A stretch of 64,000 nucleotides of DNA from positions 86,180,001 through 86,244,000 of the forward strand of contig NC_043005.1 of the NCBI RefSeq assembly GCF_006345805.1, written 5' to 3'. This document shows positions 27,925 to 41,774 of this stretch, piece after piece (positions within the stretch are counted from its first letter, which is position 1; each line of letters opens with the position of its first letter). The DNA is from Octopus sinensis (lineage: Eukaryota). Below the pieces are notes generated by a model, which saw nothing but the letters and a program-made list of their open reading frames with translations, did no database searches and was not told the origin of the DNA. A program made the translations under genes and the position numbers.

Positions 27925-30290
27925 TGATGAAATCTCAAAGTTTATTTTGCTGGGTATAATGGAAAGTGATAGCTGTCCACAGCCAGCAGACTCAGGTGAC
28001 ACTTGTTTTACTGATCATACTTCAAGAACTCTACGAAGAATTCTTGCAGTTCCGAGCAACGCTGATTTTTGCAAGTATTCTACCTTCACACTTACACCGA
28101 TCTTTTTCAGCCATGATGGTAGTTGAGTGCTGATATTTCAATTACATCAATTCCTACTGTTATCATGTCTACTCTCCTCATTGCCCTCAACTTTTGTATT
28201 TCCCACTGCAATACATCATAGTTGCTTATTTGGTCTTCTTTCCCATTGATCCTATTGTCACTAAATCATGCTATGTCGATCATCATGCGTGTTCTTTCGT
28301 TTTTATTCACCTCAACAATATCCAGTTTCCGATCTCTTCTCAAATGATCGCATTGGATCATTGCATCCCACAGGTTTTGCAGTTCTTATTCTCGGTGACT
28401 CCTTTCTGGGATTTGATCATACCTCGTCTTTGTTCTTTGTAGGCTAAGATTTCCACAGAGTTCCCAATGGATCATTCTTACCACATTGTCATGGCGTCTC
28501 TTTGTTATGTCGCACGTTCGGATGCCTTCCACTCAACTCGACCCCACTCTACTCTTCTCTCCCTCAGCTGTGCTCTCTTCTCTACTCTCACTACTACTCA
28601 ACTGTTCTGTCGACTGCTACTCTTGACGTCTAGACTTCTCCCTCTATATCTACGTATTGGACTAGTCTACTTCATCGTCTGGGGGCGTCAACACAACACT
28701 TTTATATTCGCGGTGTGTCAATTACGGGCATTCGCTGACGATATGCCATACCGTTTCACCCCTCTCACTACACATTCTGCATTTGTCACTGTCAGTAGTG
28801 TTATCGATTCTGCACTTCATATAATTGCTCCTTAACGCTTGTTCTTGAGCTGCGCATGAGCGCTTCTATTTTTTTCTCTTTCTCATCCATAACAATCGGT
28901 CCTTTGCATCCCTTTTGGCGTTCACATTTCAGGTAATGTGACCGCACAGTTTTCCTTCTATACTTTTTCTTTTTTTGTATTCATTTCTTGTTCAAATTTT
29001 TCTTTCATTACACAATTTTCAGTTCTGATGACTACGGCCTTCTTCCTAGATCTCGAAAATGGCTCTACGGCCATCTAAGATGTTTTCCTCAGCTTCGATA
29101 CACTCCTGATAACTGATCAAGTCCTGGACAAATACAGTCTAGTGGTGTCATTCTTAGGGTGGACGGCTCTGTGTACTCTCAACATTTTTCTGGTCTTGGT
29201 TTCTATTTTCGTCACTCCTCTCGTTTGCTATTTTATAATCCCCGCTCCATACCGAAATAATGCTATCGGCGCCGTATTAACTACTTGAATTTTATTCCAT
29301 CGAGTCAATTTTGAGCGCAACACCAACTTCAGTCTTCGAAAACACTCCATCCTCACTGGTTCTTTCATTTCCTTCTGCGTCCTCTCGTTGAACTCTAGTA
29401 CCACCACGCTATTTGTAACCTTCAGTCTCAATATGGAGGTACATGAGCTTTTGAGATTTTTCCTTCACTTGCTACTCCAGGTTCATTTTCCTATGAACCA
29501 ATGTCAGGTGTATTATGCAGAGAACTAAAAGCAACGGTGATAATCTATCACCCTGGAAAATCCCTCTTCCGATGCCCCGGGTGCTCAAGCCATTTCCGAG
29601 AGATGCCAGTTCAATTTTCCACCTCACCATACTTCTGTTTAGGAAACATGTTACATTCCTCCCATTTCCAAACAGATCTAAGCCCTCGGTGGTCCACAAA
29701 TGTGGAATCATATCATAAGCTTTGCGATAGTCAATCCATGTCAGATTTGTTCTTCGTTAACAATCTTGCATAACCCTTTTGTCTGTCAATAATTGATCTT
29801 TGCTATCTCGGTATCTCCCGCTACAGTCTTTTTGTTTCGTCGTTCCCAAGAAATTTATGAAGTTCTGCAATTCCTCCTATCAGTAACTTCCACATTAATG
29901 GGAAGGAAGAAATTGGTCTGTAATTGTCAGCAGCATTTCCCTTTGATGCATCCACAAAACTGTTCGTCCTTTTGTCAACCAGCCCGTAGTATTCTCTCCA
30001 TTGATCAATGTATCAAATTGCTCTACGATCAGTTTATGGCAACTACTGAACTTTTTTTATCGCAAATCCCTGTACACCGTCAAGTCCTGTGGTTTTCCAA
30101 TTGCTTATCTTTTTACTTATATTTCTGATACTGCCTTCTGTGAAATGGAGATCCTCTTGCTGGGGATAAGAAGCTGCTTGTTTCAGACTGCAGAGCCATT
30201 CAGCTGCACCTATCATCAGCATCAGGAATTAATCTTTCACGGTTCTCGATAAAACCGTTTTTGGTGGGTTCTAAACAGTTTGATTTGTTG
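27925..30290 (-). mobile_element. R4/Dong-clade LINE, 5'-truncated, RT + CCHC + REL domains, many frameshifts
   Basis: GIFQGDRLSPLLLVLCII (RT), FRRLKLVLRSKL..WNKIQVVNT, KCRMCSERGETVWHIVSEC, EYKRRHDNV, LWDAMIQCDH. Both ends lie at (ATT)n arrays. Confidence 0.92.
28503..28698. mobile_element. Solo LTR (196 bp) inserted in the R4 ORF
   Basis: Termini TGTTATG...CACAACA; 5-bp TSD CTCTT/CTTTT (1 mismatch). Removing it restores GAA TAT AAG AGA CGC CAT GAC (EYKRRHD). Confidence 0.85.
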
Positions 30291-30334
30291 GTATGGCTTT
30301 ATTGTTATTATCATTATTATTATTATTATTATTA

Positions 30335-30446
<112 letters not shown>

Positions 30447-30541
30447 TAATAGTAGAAATAGTAGTAGTAGTATTGATCAAGCATCGTAGAATACAGTATA
30501 TGGAGCAGCTTGTTTCCGAACACTTATGTTTTGACTTATAG

Positions 30542-30576
<35 letters not shown>

Positions 30577-30599
30577 CATATATATATATATATAGATAT

Positions 30600-30825
30600 A
30601 TAATCCCAATAAACGAAGAAAAATCACATGAAGAAAAAATAACAACACAAGACGAGTACGTTGTACATATAAAGTATTAACAGACATTCAGGAAAGGAAA
30701 GAAAGTTGGTTTTATATTTCGAGCAAAGCTCTTCTTCAGGAACAGGAGACAGAGTAATGTCCAAGAGAAAAAGAAGAGGGGGCATAAAAATCGCCAACAA
30801 TCTACATGTACTTAGATTTTGAAAG
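30600..30825 (-). mobile_element. Short PLE terminal-repeat-like unit with a hammerhead motif at ~30708-30743
   Basis: Minus strand GTTC/CTGAAGA/A/GAGC-TTT-GCTC/GAAAT ATA/AAAC; the 3' end abuts (TA)n. Confidence 0.7.
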
Positions 30826-30879
30826 GAGAATGGATGAAGAAAGAATTCTTCCTAAGACAGGTGAGTATAAGAGAAAGAG

Positions 30880-32035
30880 GCATCTTTGTGTATGTGTACA
30901 TATGTGCGCGTGTTTCTGTGTGTGTGTAATAGCATGTGAGTGTGTATGCGTGTGGCTGTAACTGAGTGCGTGTTTGTATATGCGGGCGTTGGTAACTGTG
31001 TGTGTGGGTGTTTTGTGTATGCGTTATTAACTGTTTATATGTGTTTGTGTGAGTGAACTTCGTGTCTGTTAATGTTGCAGGAAGTATCCAGTTGCTATGG
31101 TAACAGAAGTGGTGATCTTTCATGTAGTTCCGTGTTTCTTTACATGTCCGTTGATAGGATGGTCAGTAAAAAGCTTTATGACAAACAATGTAAAGGGTGG
31201 TGTGTATGTATGTGTATGTTGGGTGTGTGTGTGTGCGTGTATGTGCGTGAGTATGTGTGTTTGTATATATGTGTGAATGGGGTTATAAATTGGATTGTAT
31301 ATGTGGAGGTATATGTGCGTGCCTGTGTGTGTGTCCGTGTATGTGCGTGTGTGTCTGTGCGTGTGTGTACACACATGTGTATGTAATTCTGTGCGCGTAT
31401 GTACGAGTGTGCGTGTGTGTATGCATGTATGTGTATGTTGTCTGCGTGTGCGCATATATGTGCGTGTTGTGTGTGTGTGCATGTTGTGTGTGTGCGTGCT
31501 GTGTTTGAGAGTGTGCATGTGTGTGCGTGTATGTGCGTAAGTGTGTGTGAGTGTTTGTATATGTGTGTGTATGGCGTTATAAATGGGATTGTATATTTGG
31601 AGGTATATGTGCCTGCCTGTGTGCATGTGCGTGTGTGTATGCACATGTGTATGTAATTGTGCGCGTGTATGTACGAGTGTGCGTGTGTGTGTGTTATGTA
31701 TGTGTATGTTGTGTGTGTGTGCGCATGTATGCGTGTGTTGTGTGTGCGTCGTCTGTTTGAGAGTGTGTATATATGTGTGCGCGTGTGTATGTGTACGTGT
31801 GTGTGTATGTGCATGTGTGTATGTGTGAGTGTGTGGGATTATCTGCGCGTTCTTGTACGTATGTGTGTGTATGTGCGTGTACGTGCGTGTACGCGCGTGC
31901 GAGTGTATGCGTGTGTGTATGTGTGCGTGCGTGTATGTACCCGTTTGTATGTGTGTGCATGTATATGTGTGTTGTGTGCGTGTGTGCGTGTGTGCGCGTA
32001 TTTAAGTGTGTATGTATGTATGTATGCGCGCGTAT
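30880..32035. repeat. Complex GT/AT/GC-rich minisatellite with ~250-300 bp higher-order duplication
   Basis: Block GTTATAAAT.GGATTGTATAT.TGGAGGTATATGTGC.TGCCTGTGTG at ~31283 and ~31576. Confidence 0.85.
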
Positions 32036-32339
32036 ATATATATATATATATAATAAAATGAAATGAAATAAGATTGATAAAAATAATAGAGAGACAAGGA
32101 AAAATATACGAGATGAAAAATTAAAAAAAATAAGAATAAAAAATAGAAAATGCTTAAAAGATAATGAAAAATAAATAAAAATAATAGATACAAGATAAAA
32201 GATATAAATTAAAGGGATAAATTAGCAATTAATACAATTATAGAATGAAATATAAGGATCGAATATACGATTAGAACTGGAAAAATGCTATAAAGAAATG
32301 AAAAACAACAAATAAAAGTGTAAAAAAGTGAGTGAATTA

Positions 32340-33055
32340 ATATAAGATACGATAAACTGTTACTTTTTGAGGGAGTGTAGAGACAGTCATTGAGAGGAGA
32401 GGGTTGTGCTGAATGCGAAAGGAGTTTGTGTTTGTAGACTGAAAATGTAACGCTGTTCCAGGCGGAGTTGTGTGTGTGGATCCATTGCGCAGGGTGACGC
32501 TGAAGATGGAGATATTAGAGGTGGAGTGGTTGGCTAAGTGGAAATGATGGGCGACGGGGGTGTCCGTACGTAGCCGAACATCTACAAGATGTTCGGTGAA
32601 CCGGTCGGCCAGCTGGCGGCCAATCTGGCCAGCGTAGAGTTTGTTGCAGAGATTACATCTAATGCAATAGATAAGGCTGGAAGAAATACAGGACAAGGAC
32701 TTTCTAATGTGGAGGGTGTGCTGGTTGATTCCAGTAAGGGAGGTGGTGTTGGTGATGAAAGGGCAGTTGTGGCGGCGGGATCTAGAGCAAAGGAAGGATC
32801 TGGGTGGGGCTGGGATGAAAGCAGCGAAAGTGTTAAGGACCAGTAGACAGGGTTGGTTTTTGGAAAATGGGGTGGGGGGGTACGACGGAAAGCTCCCAGG
32901 ATCCTCCGACGAGGAGTATGGTGGACGGGTGGAAAAGGAGGGAAAATTGGGTGCGGTTGGTGGATGGGTGTTGGGAAGGTGAAAGGGAGGTGGTGCAATC
33001 GATTAAACGGGCGCTGGCAAGGGCTGTTTGGACGAGGGTGGATGGGCATCCTCAA
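32340..33055 (-). mobile_element. Penelope-like element remnant: linker + GIY-YIG endonuclease
   Basis: ORF 32337-32696: SCISSSLIYCIRCNLCNKLYAGQIGRQLADRFTEHL..PVAHHF. Confidence 0.9.
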
Positions 33056-33087
33056 TATACATATACATACATACATACATACATACA

Positions 33088-33123
<36 letters not shown>

Positions 33124-33145
33124 TATATATATCTTATATATATCT

Positions 33146-33176
<31 letters not shown>

Positions 33177-34051
33177 GTAAAAACACCCTGAAGATTGCGA
33201 TAGTCACGAAATTACAAATAATATTTGAAAACATATTCTCTTTCTGTACAGACCGGTGCCAAAATAAACCATAGTACGATGGGTGGGGATCCCTGATCTA
33301 TATTAATTTCTATGACAATCAAATTTTCTGTCAGTTGTAGAACACAAACTTTTGCGATAAAGAAAGGAAGTGTGTCACGCGCATGATTTTGTATATGGTA
33401 AAAAAAAAAACCCAAAAAAACAGAAGGAAAAAAGTAGTTTGTTGTTCCGAAAATCATCAAAAATAATTGACGTGTAATAGTCAGTCTGGAAATATCTAAG
33501 AAAATAGATATTCTAAAATGCACGTAGAGATCTGTAACTGATGAAACGTTGACATGGATGTACCATATAAAGAATCTAGTTTTTCACGTCGTCATTTATT
33601 TATGAAACTGCAAATCTTGTTGGAAATTCTCGCAGTTTCTAATTCAAGGCAACGGTGATTCACTGCACAAGTGATTGATCACATGACTGATGGATGACAT
33701 AGGTTATTGATGAGATGCGACAAACTTTCCAGAGATGAGTATAAAAGGATTGAAAAGATTTTCTCTCTTTGTTTCTTTTTCTTTTTTTTTTTTGTTTGTT
33801 TCAAATATGGAAATTGTTTCTGCTAAGTGATCTGCTGATATATGTTGCAGTCTTAGCATTGTACATTTTCATTCATAACAGTTCATAACTTCTGCAAACA
33901 TCATGATAGATTAAAGCAATATTTTAGACATCACCTCAATAGTTTTTATGAGGGACGTACGTGTCATGCCGATTTTATTTTACATACATGTTCACATACA
34001 TGCACACAAACTCATACACATATATACAAACGTACATACATACACACACAT

Positions 34052-34130
<79 letters not shown>

Positions 34131-34140
34131 ATATCTATAT

Positions 34141-34212
<72 letters not shown>

Positions 34213-34989
34213 TGTAGAATGTAGTACAGACGTGTATACAGCTACTCAAATGTGTACACATATACCTCACGACTATTTATGCGCATACATATACACATGT
34301 TTCCATTTTATTGTTTCTGTACTCATACAAAGTGATGCATATTTAAAAACATACACGTTTATACGTGTATATATACAGATAAATATATTCAGTATGTGTG
34401 TGGTTGTGGTTGTAAATTATTAAGTGTATATCTGTGTATGTATAAATATGCGGTACAAATACGTTAGACGGGTAAGTGATATAACCATATGGCACACAGT
34501 GGCACGCTACTCAGCAATAGGTATTTTGATATACGTACTTACATGCTAATATATACACACATATATGCAGGTATATAAGGACGTAAGCTCGTGTGATTGG
34601 GTTTCTTTCGCTTTGTAAGCTGAGAAGAAAAGCATTCGTTAGTAGAATATTGCGTACATACATACATGTATACACACATACACACACACACACACATATA
34701 CAAACAAACAAATATATACATATACATACATAATGCATACACAAATGCATACATACATCATACATACATAAACACACATACATTCATACATACACAAACA
34801 TAGATACAAACAAACATACATACATACATGCATACATGCATACATGCATACATACATACATTCATATATACGTATAGGGAAACGCACATAACACGCATAT
34901 ACTTACGCAGTAAATGTATCTCATTTTCTATCAATCAATCTATATATCAATCTATCTATCGGTCTGTCTGTCTGTTTCTTTCTTCCTCT

Positions 34990-35190
34990 CTCTCTCTCTC
35001 CCTTTGACATGATAGATCGGTAAACACTATACACATTTTTTCTCTCCTTGTTTTCTGTGTCCCTTTCTGTAGAAGAGCGCAGGCTCGAAACGTAAAAGAC
35101 TTTTTTCTATTCCTGAGCGTTATACTAATACATCTGTTTGTCTTGTACACCACTTGTCTTCGTCTTTTGTTTTTTTCGTGAACTCTCCCT
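34990..35190 (+). mobile_element. Short PLE terminal-repeat-like unit ending at (TA)n
   Basis: Same architecture as 45685-45895 and 50880-51088: pyrimidine leader, hammerhead, TTCCTGAGCGT..TAATAC, TG-rich tail. Confidence 0.7.
35063..35098 (+). ncRNA. Minimal hammerhead ribozyme motif (A6U variant)
   Basis: CTTT / CTGTAGA / A / GAGC-GCAG-GCTC / GAAAC GTA / AAAG: stems I and II fully paired, palindromic stem III; predicted cleavage after 35094. Confidence 0.7.
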
Positions 35191-36322
35191 ATATATATAT
35201 ATATTTATCTATCCATCTAATACACACACACACAAACACACACACACACACACAAACGTATATATGTGGTTAATTCAACAAACAAACAATTCAATCACCA
35301 CCAACAAAATGATGGCAAAAATCAACAGACGTGAGGAGGTGTGCAGGAATTATATTAGTTTCACACTCGGTCAAAGGAGAGAGTTTTTAAAATTTCGAAC
35401 ATGGCTCTTCGTCGGGTAGGAGAATGGGAAAAGTTCAAGGAAGGATAATCGCCGACGGTTCACGTGTGGTTACATTTCGGAATGAAAATATGATTTAAGC
35501 TTTCTGCGACAGTGGAACACGGTTAACTAAATTGTCCAGTTAGTAATACTGAAATCAGAGTGAGTTTTTATTCTCTTATTGTGATTGGTAGAATTTATAA
35601 ATCCGAATTAGAATGCCAGTTAAATTCGGTGCATTAGCAACAATTTATTTAGCTTTCTCTTGTTTCGAATAAGCTGGAAGAATGTAAACGCTGAGCATTG
35701 CACCCTGCATATTTAGTCGATGCTTAATCTGATCGATTAAACTGCAGGAAGCACAGAAAAAGCTACCTTCTTCAAAGCCAAAACCGTTGTATATGAACTG
35801 ATAATGGGGAAGCAGTCTTACATGCAATCACTGCTCCATTTTATCGCCCCGTCTCCGCGTCTCTTACAAGGGGGAGCATCTTCATCAGATGTTCTTATCT
35901 TAATGACAGCTAGTAGTTATATGTATCTTCTGAAGATAAAAAATTTACCTTAATCTGCGATGTCGTTAAGTGCACCTTAATTACAAGCAGAAAGCAGAAA
36001 TACTATTACCAGATATTTCAAAGAAAACGAATATCTGATAAAACCGTAGAGAATTATATGCTTTTGACCATTGCAGGAATTTAAATGAAGTAAATCTTTA
36101 TTATATGAAATAAATCAAATATGCTTTATGTTCAGACTCACACAAATATTCAAATACTGTATAAATACATACACACCTATGCACAAGTACACACATAAGC
36201 ATATTTACATACAGACATATACATAAATACATAAGTACTTATATACCCCTGCAAATATGTATGTATATATATGAATGCATACATACATATATATATATAC
36301 AGAGAAAGAGAGAGAGAGAGAG

Positions 36323-36993
<671 letters not shown>

Positions 36994-37048
36994 ATCGCTC
37001 CACCACCGCACATATCTGTATGAAATATTTAGAAATTTAATATTTCTG

Positions 37049-37109
<61 letters not shown>

Positions 37110-37744
37110 ATATATATATACATAGTAATATAATAAGAGTAAATAATAGTTTTAATAGTTTTTAAAAACATCAACAATTATCTACGGGTAGATTTCGGCA
37201 TGTAAATATAGCCATTAACGGTAGGAACTTTTGTAAAAAAGTTCAATATATATTTTTTGTGTATAAATAAAAGAGGCAGCCAAGAGGTTGCTTAGCCGCA
37301 TACCGGAAGTTTAGAAATAGCAGTCAAAGACTGTTTATTTCTGTTTTCTACAAATGAGACGACATATCCCTGTAATTCACATATGCAAAACATAAGGAAA
37401 AAATAACGAAAGCAAAGTCTAAGGGTTATTTGCGAACGCGTTTCTGGATTAGAAGTAAATCTTCATATCCTTCATCAACGTAACTCTCCACTTAGATTGA
37501 TTTCACAAATGCTATACATACCTCTACCTCCCGAGCTAGCGTCGTCGGAATAGTGGAAGACAGCTAGCATAGGCCAAATCTATATAGACGATTGAATTCG
37601 TATTTCCCTCCAAAATTTTACTCATATTATATTTACTCTTTTGCTCTTATTTATTTACTCTTATTATATTACTAATAATGAAATTTTCACTCCCTTATGA
37701 CAATCCATAGTTCTATCTCTAAGGAACTATATTTGTAATACGCA

Positions 37745-37905
37745 TAGTAAAATACGTCTAACATAAGGGTTGTCCACATAGTGGTCACCCCTCTCATCTG
37801 TATATAATACAGTTTACTGAACGTTCAGATTTTATATGCTAGACCACTGGTGTGAAATAGATGTTAATTTAATTGATATCCAATTTCTACCTCTCATTTT
37901 AAAGT
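37745..37905 (+). mobile_element. One arm of the 49634-type MITE followed by a TA-associated repeat
   Basis: GGGTTGTCCACATAGTGGTCACCCCTC resembles 49772-49799; GCTAGACCACTGGT...AATTTCTACC resembles 50750-50838. Confidence 0.6.
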
Positions 37906-38184
37906 TATATATATATATATATTTCTTAAACAAAAATATCATTTACTGTGACTTTGAATTTTCGGTCAGCTTACACCATCGCCAGACTTCGAAGTCACTA
38001 TTCGATAATAGTGTTCTTTAAGAATAATAAATCTGTACTCTTCAAAATATTGAGTAAACCTTCGGTGAAATGGTTTTTATTATAACTGGACACACACACA
38101 CACGTACAAACACACACACGCACACAAACACGCACACACACACACGCGCACACACACACTCATACACACACACACACACATATT

Positions 38185-38530
38185 CTTTTACTTGATTTAG
38201 TCATTTGCCATACTGGAGCACGGCCTCTTGTGGAACAAATCGAAGCCAGGATTTATTCTTTGTAAGCCTAATATGTATTTTATCTGTCTCTTTTGCTGAA
38301 CTGTTACCTTACGGGGACGTAAACATACCAGCATCGGTTGTCAATGATGGTGGGAGAACAAACACAGACACACAAATACATACATATATATACGACGGAC
38401 GTCTTTCAATTTCCGTCTACCAACTTCACTCACAAGGCTTTGGTCGGCCGAGGTTATAGCAGAAGATGCTTGCACAAGATGCCACGTAGTAGGGCTGAAC
38501 CGGGAACTATGTGGTTGGTAAGCAAGATTC
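38185..38530 (-). mobile_element. SINE family C, near full length
   Basis: Reverse complement of the 62293-62682 architecture (head, GT linker, CCCCGTAAG segment, CCAGTATGGC tail). Confidence 0.85.
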
Positions 38531-39774
38531 TTACCAGAGAGAGAGTGAGAGAGGGAGCGAGAGAGAGTGAGAGAAGAAGCGAGCGAGCGAGCGAGAGAGA
38601 GATATATTTTGAGTCCGTGTGTTGAAGCCGATGGAGTTATATCACCGAAAAACATTTTTGCTATTTGGAAAACCACTGGATCCTTATTGTAAATTTTTAT
38701 TGTAAATATTACGTCCTGCCTCTTAGTTTTTGTTTTTTGACTTAGACCCACTGTAATTGTGGAAAATATGTAATACGCCTGTTATTCTTTCTTGTTGCAG
38801 TTAGAAATTTATATTTACGTTCTATTTATGTTGATTAAAGTGTCTATTCCACCTAGTTCCACCTTCGCTACCATGAATATGACATGCACGTTCCCAGTTC
38901 TTGCTACAAACTTATAAAAACATTGGTCCCTGTTTAACGAACTATTTCTTTCTTTGTATGCAATGATATATTTATTTTGGCGAAGCAACTTTTTTCATTT
39001 GGATGAAGGAATTTCATTGTCTTTCTCTATTGAAACGGACGCTAAGATAATTTCAGCGAATATAAATGATGGCAATTTACACCAAATCACGAAAATAAAA
39101 CTGTTTGCAGTGAGGAAGAATATAATTTATTTAAGGGCCTTAAATTCGATATAGAGGGATCTAGGGAAAACCCATGTAAACATCTACAAGAATATCAAAT
39201 GTTATTTTGTATGCCAACGTATTTGTATAACATATTTGCTTAGATAATTGCATTTCTCCAAAATATCTTCAGAATATACAGAAGAGGCGCTAGCGATGAC
39301 TGTAAATAGCGGTTATGGTAATCGAATGTTGTATATTTTATTGTGCTGTGTGGGGAAAGGATAAATGGTAAACAAGAGGAATGTAACTACTCGATATTCC
39401 CGTAAGCCTTTATTAAATGTTTACATATAGTTTTTGGTAGTTTATAAATTAATAATTATAGGGAGGTAGATTATGATAGCATGTTATTTTTGTGAAGTGC
39501 AAATGATAGGACAGTGAATGCAGCATTGCGAGAAGGGAGGTTGGCGTGATCTTTCACAGAAACCATATTTTATGTTGAATGCAAGCGTCGAGTGTCTCGC
39601 ATTTCAGCTGTGTTTAGTTACGTCGTGGGATAAGGCAATCTTGTGTATTTATAAATGCATATAGGGAAATTTGTATGAAAATATTAACATATAATTTACT
39701 AACACACACACACAAACACACTGGCACACACTCACGCACGCACGCACACAGATGTACACACATACACAGATATA

Positions 39775-41396
39775 CAGGGTGCTATGTGTAAACTGTCACC
39801 ATTTCCATCATTAATTCCGCGCTTTCGCGTTGTTTGCTTTTGATTTTGTCGACTACACAGTATAGTAAGTTCAGATGGGCACCGGAAGCTCTTATACGAG
39901 CATTTGAGAGTGTTTGAGTGAGAATCTGAGGATAGTGCGGAGGATTCGGAAAGAGTTGGATGCGATTGCAAAGGTATGGCAGCTTGAAAAAACTCACTCT
40001 AATCGTTCTAATAAAAAAAGAAACTAGTTGGTGAGATCCAGGCCAACGATCCCTCCAAGTCAATCAGATCCAGTGCCAGGGACATGGGACTGTTTGAGTT
40101 TCTTGTTTCAAGCAGGCAGTGCATAAAGCCATTCAGTATTCCTCGTACAAGATGAGAAGGTACCAATTATATCCCATTCCATCAAGGAGAATAAGAAAGA
40201 CCGTACTAAGAAGCTTTTGAACAAACTGAAGCATCCCTTCGAACCGAACATGCTTTGGTTATTCTCGGACGATAACATTTTCTGCTAGGATCAGATGGTA
40301 AACACACAGAACAACGTCTGGCTTGCCGTCTCCACAAAACTTTTACCGGGAATGATAAAAATAAATGTAAAGTATAAAAGCCATCTCAATATGGCTAACC
40401 ACAAGGGGGGGGGGAGTACTGTAGCTTTTTAGCCACAGGAGATCATCGTCTCCAGATGGCTTTAGACACACTTTCTGTGCCCTTAAAGTATAAAGTATTT
40501 GCAAAGGGAAAGGAGATGTCAACAATAACCGCTCGAGCGGTTAGCGGTTACTGTTTACATCTCCTTCTCCAGACGTCACTAGAAAAACTCTTATATATTT
40601 GCAAGCTGGCCTTGTCTTTCATCGTGACCTGGTGATTACCGCCCGTCGATAAGAGACAATAATCTCGAAACCGGTCCGGTGCGTATCACTCAGGCTTACG
40701 AGAAAGGGATGACCTCCCTTTGCAAATACTTTAAGGGCACAGAAAGTGTGTCTAAAGCCATATGGAGACGATGATCTCCTGGAGCTAAAAAGCTACAGTA
40801 ACCCCACCCCCCTTTGTGGTTAGCCATATTGAGATGGCTTTTATACTTTACATTGTCGAGCGGTTACTGTTTACATCCCGTTCTGAGATTTGATAAAAAT
40901 AAAGCATCTAGTTAACATAATGGTGTTTGGTGTGATCACTAGTGATGGTAATATTATGCCTCCATTCATCTTCCCAGAGATTCAACACGGAGGCCTACAT
41001 CAGGCCTGGAAGAGGCAGTGCTGCCATGGTTCAAGAAGGTGATTGCTGGAAGAAACTATGTCTGCTAACAAGACTCTGCACTATGCTACACATGCGTGAA
41101 CAACCAGTGATGGCTCTCAGACAATTTCCGCGATCACATCACCCCTTACATTTGGTCACCTAACACCCCAGACTGCAATCCTCTTATTTATTATGTGTGG
41201 CACGCTGTTGCGTGAGGGACCAACAAATCTCTTTGTGGCTGTGGTTAAAGCCAATGGCGATTTTATTGAATATAGTTACTCTTTAGTATTTCAAGATTTT
41301 TCTCTGTAATTTTGGTAAATATATCTGTTAAAATGAGATGTCACCGTTATTTTCGCTTTTGTTTAATTTAGACGACAGTTTATTCACCGCACCCCG
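39775..41396 (+). mobile_element. Tc1/mariner element, DD37D (maT-type) spacing, decayed, TA TSD, carrying a 525-bp insertion
   Basis: TIRs TA|CAGGGTGCTATGTGTAAACTGTC and GACAGTTTATTCACCGCACCCCG|TA. Motifs LFSDD, MVFGVITSDG, QDSA..., WSPNTPDCNPL; 37 codons lie between the QD and the (mutated) third-D position. Confidence 0.88.
40366..40890. repeat. Fold-back insertion within the mariner, flanked by a 13-bp direct repeat
   Basis: TGATAAAAATAAA at 40353-40365 and 40891-40903; inverted arms 40364-40509 and 40715-40854. Confidence 0.85.
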
Positions 41397-41716
41397 TATA
41401 TAAACTAAGATGTATTAATTTTCCTGTCCATATATAATTTCGTTTTCATACCCGAAATCTCCCAGTATCTACCCGCCATCTTCCCTCTTTGATTCATTTT
41501 TCTTCAGTACTGACAATCGAAACTTCAAAGAAACCTTTACTTTTCATTTGACCATTAAACTACCACAGTTACAGCTCTTTCGCTTCGTACCTTGTTGAAA
41601 GTTTGCCACTTTTGGCCTATACACAACAAACACTCGCACAGACACACACACACGCGCGCATGCATACTATACGCATATGTATGTACATGTCTAAATATGA
41701 ATATATATATATATGC

Positions 41717-41774
<58 letters not shown>

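Noticed and set aside
33188-33215. CTGAAGA...GAAA hammerhead-like string
   Set aside because: Stem II is mispaired, there are two extra bases after the core, and there is no NUH cleavage triplet or stem III.
32589-33274. Plus-strand G/W-rich ORFs of 85-135 aa
   Set aside because: They are antisense to the minus-strand Penelope remnant.
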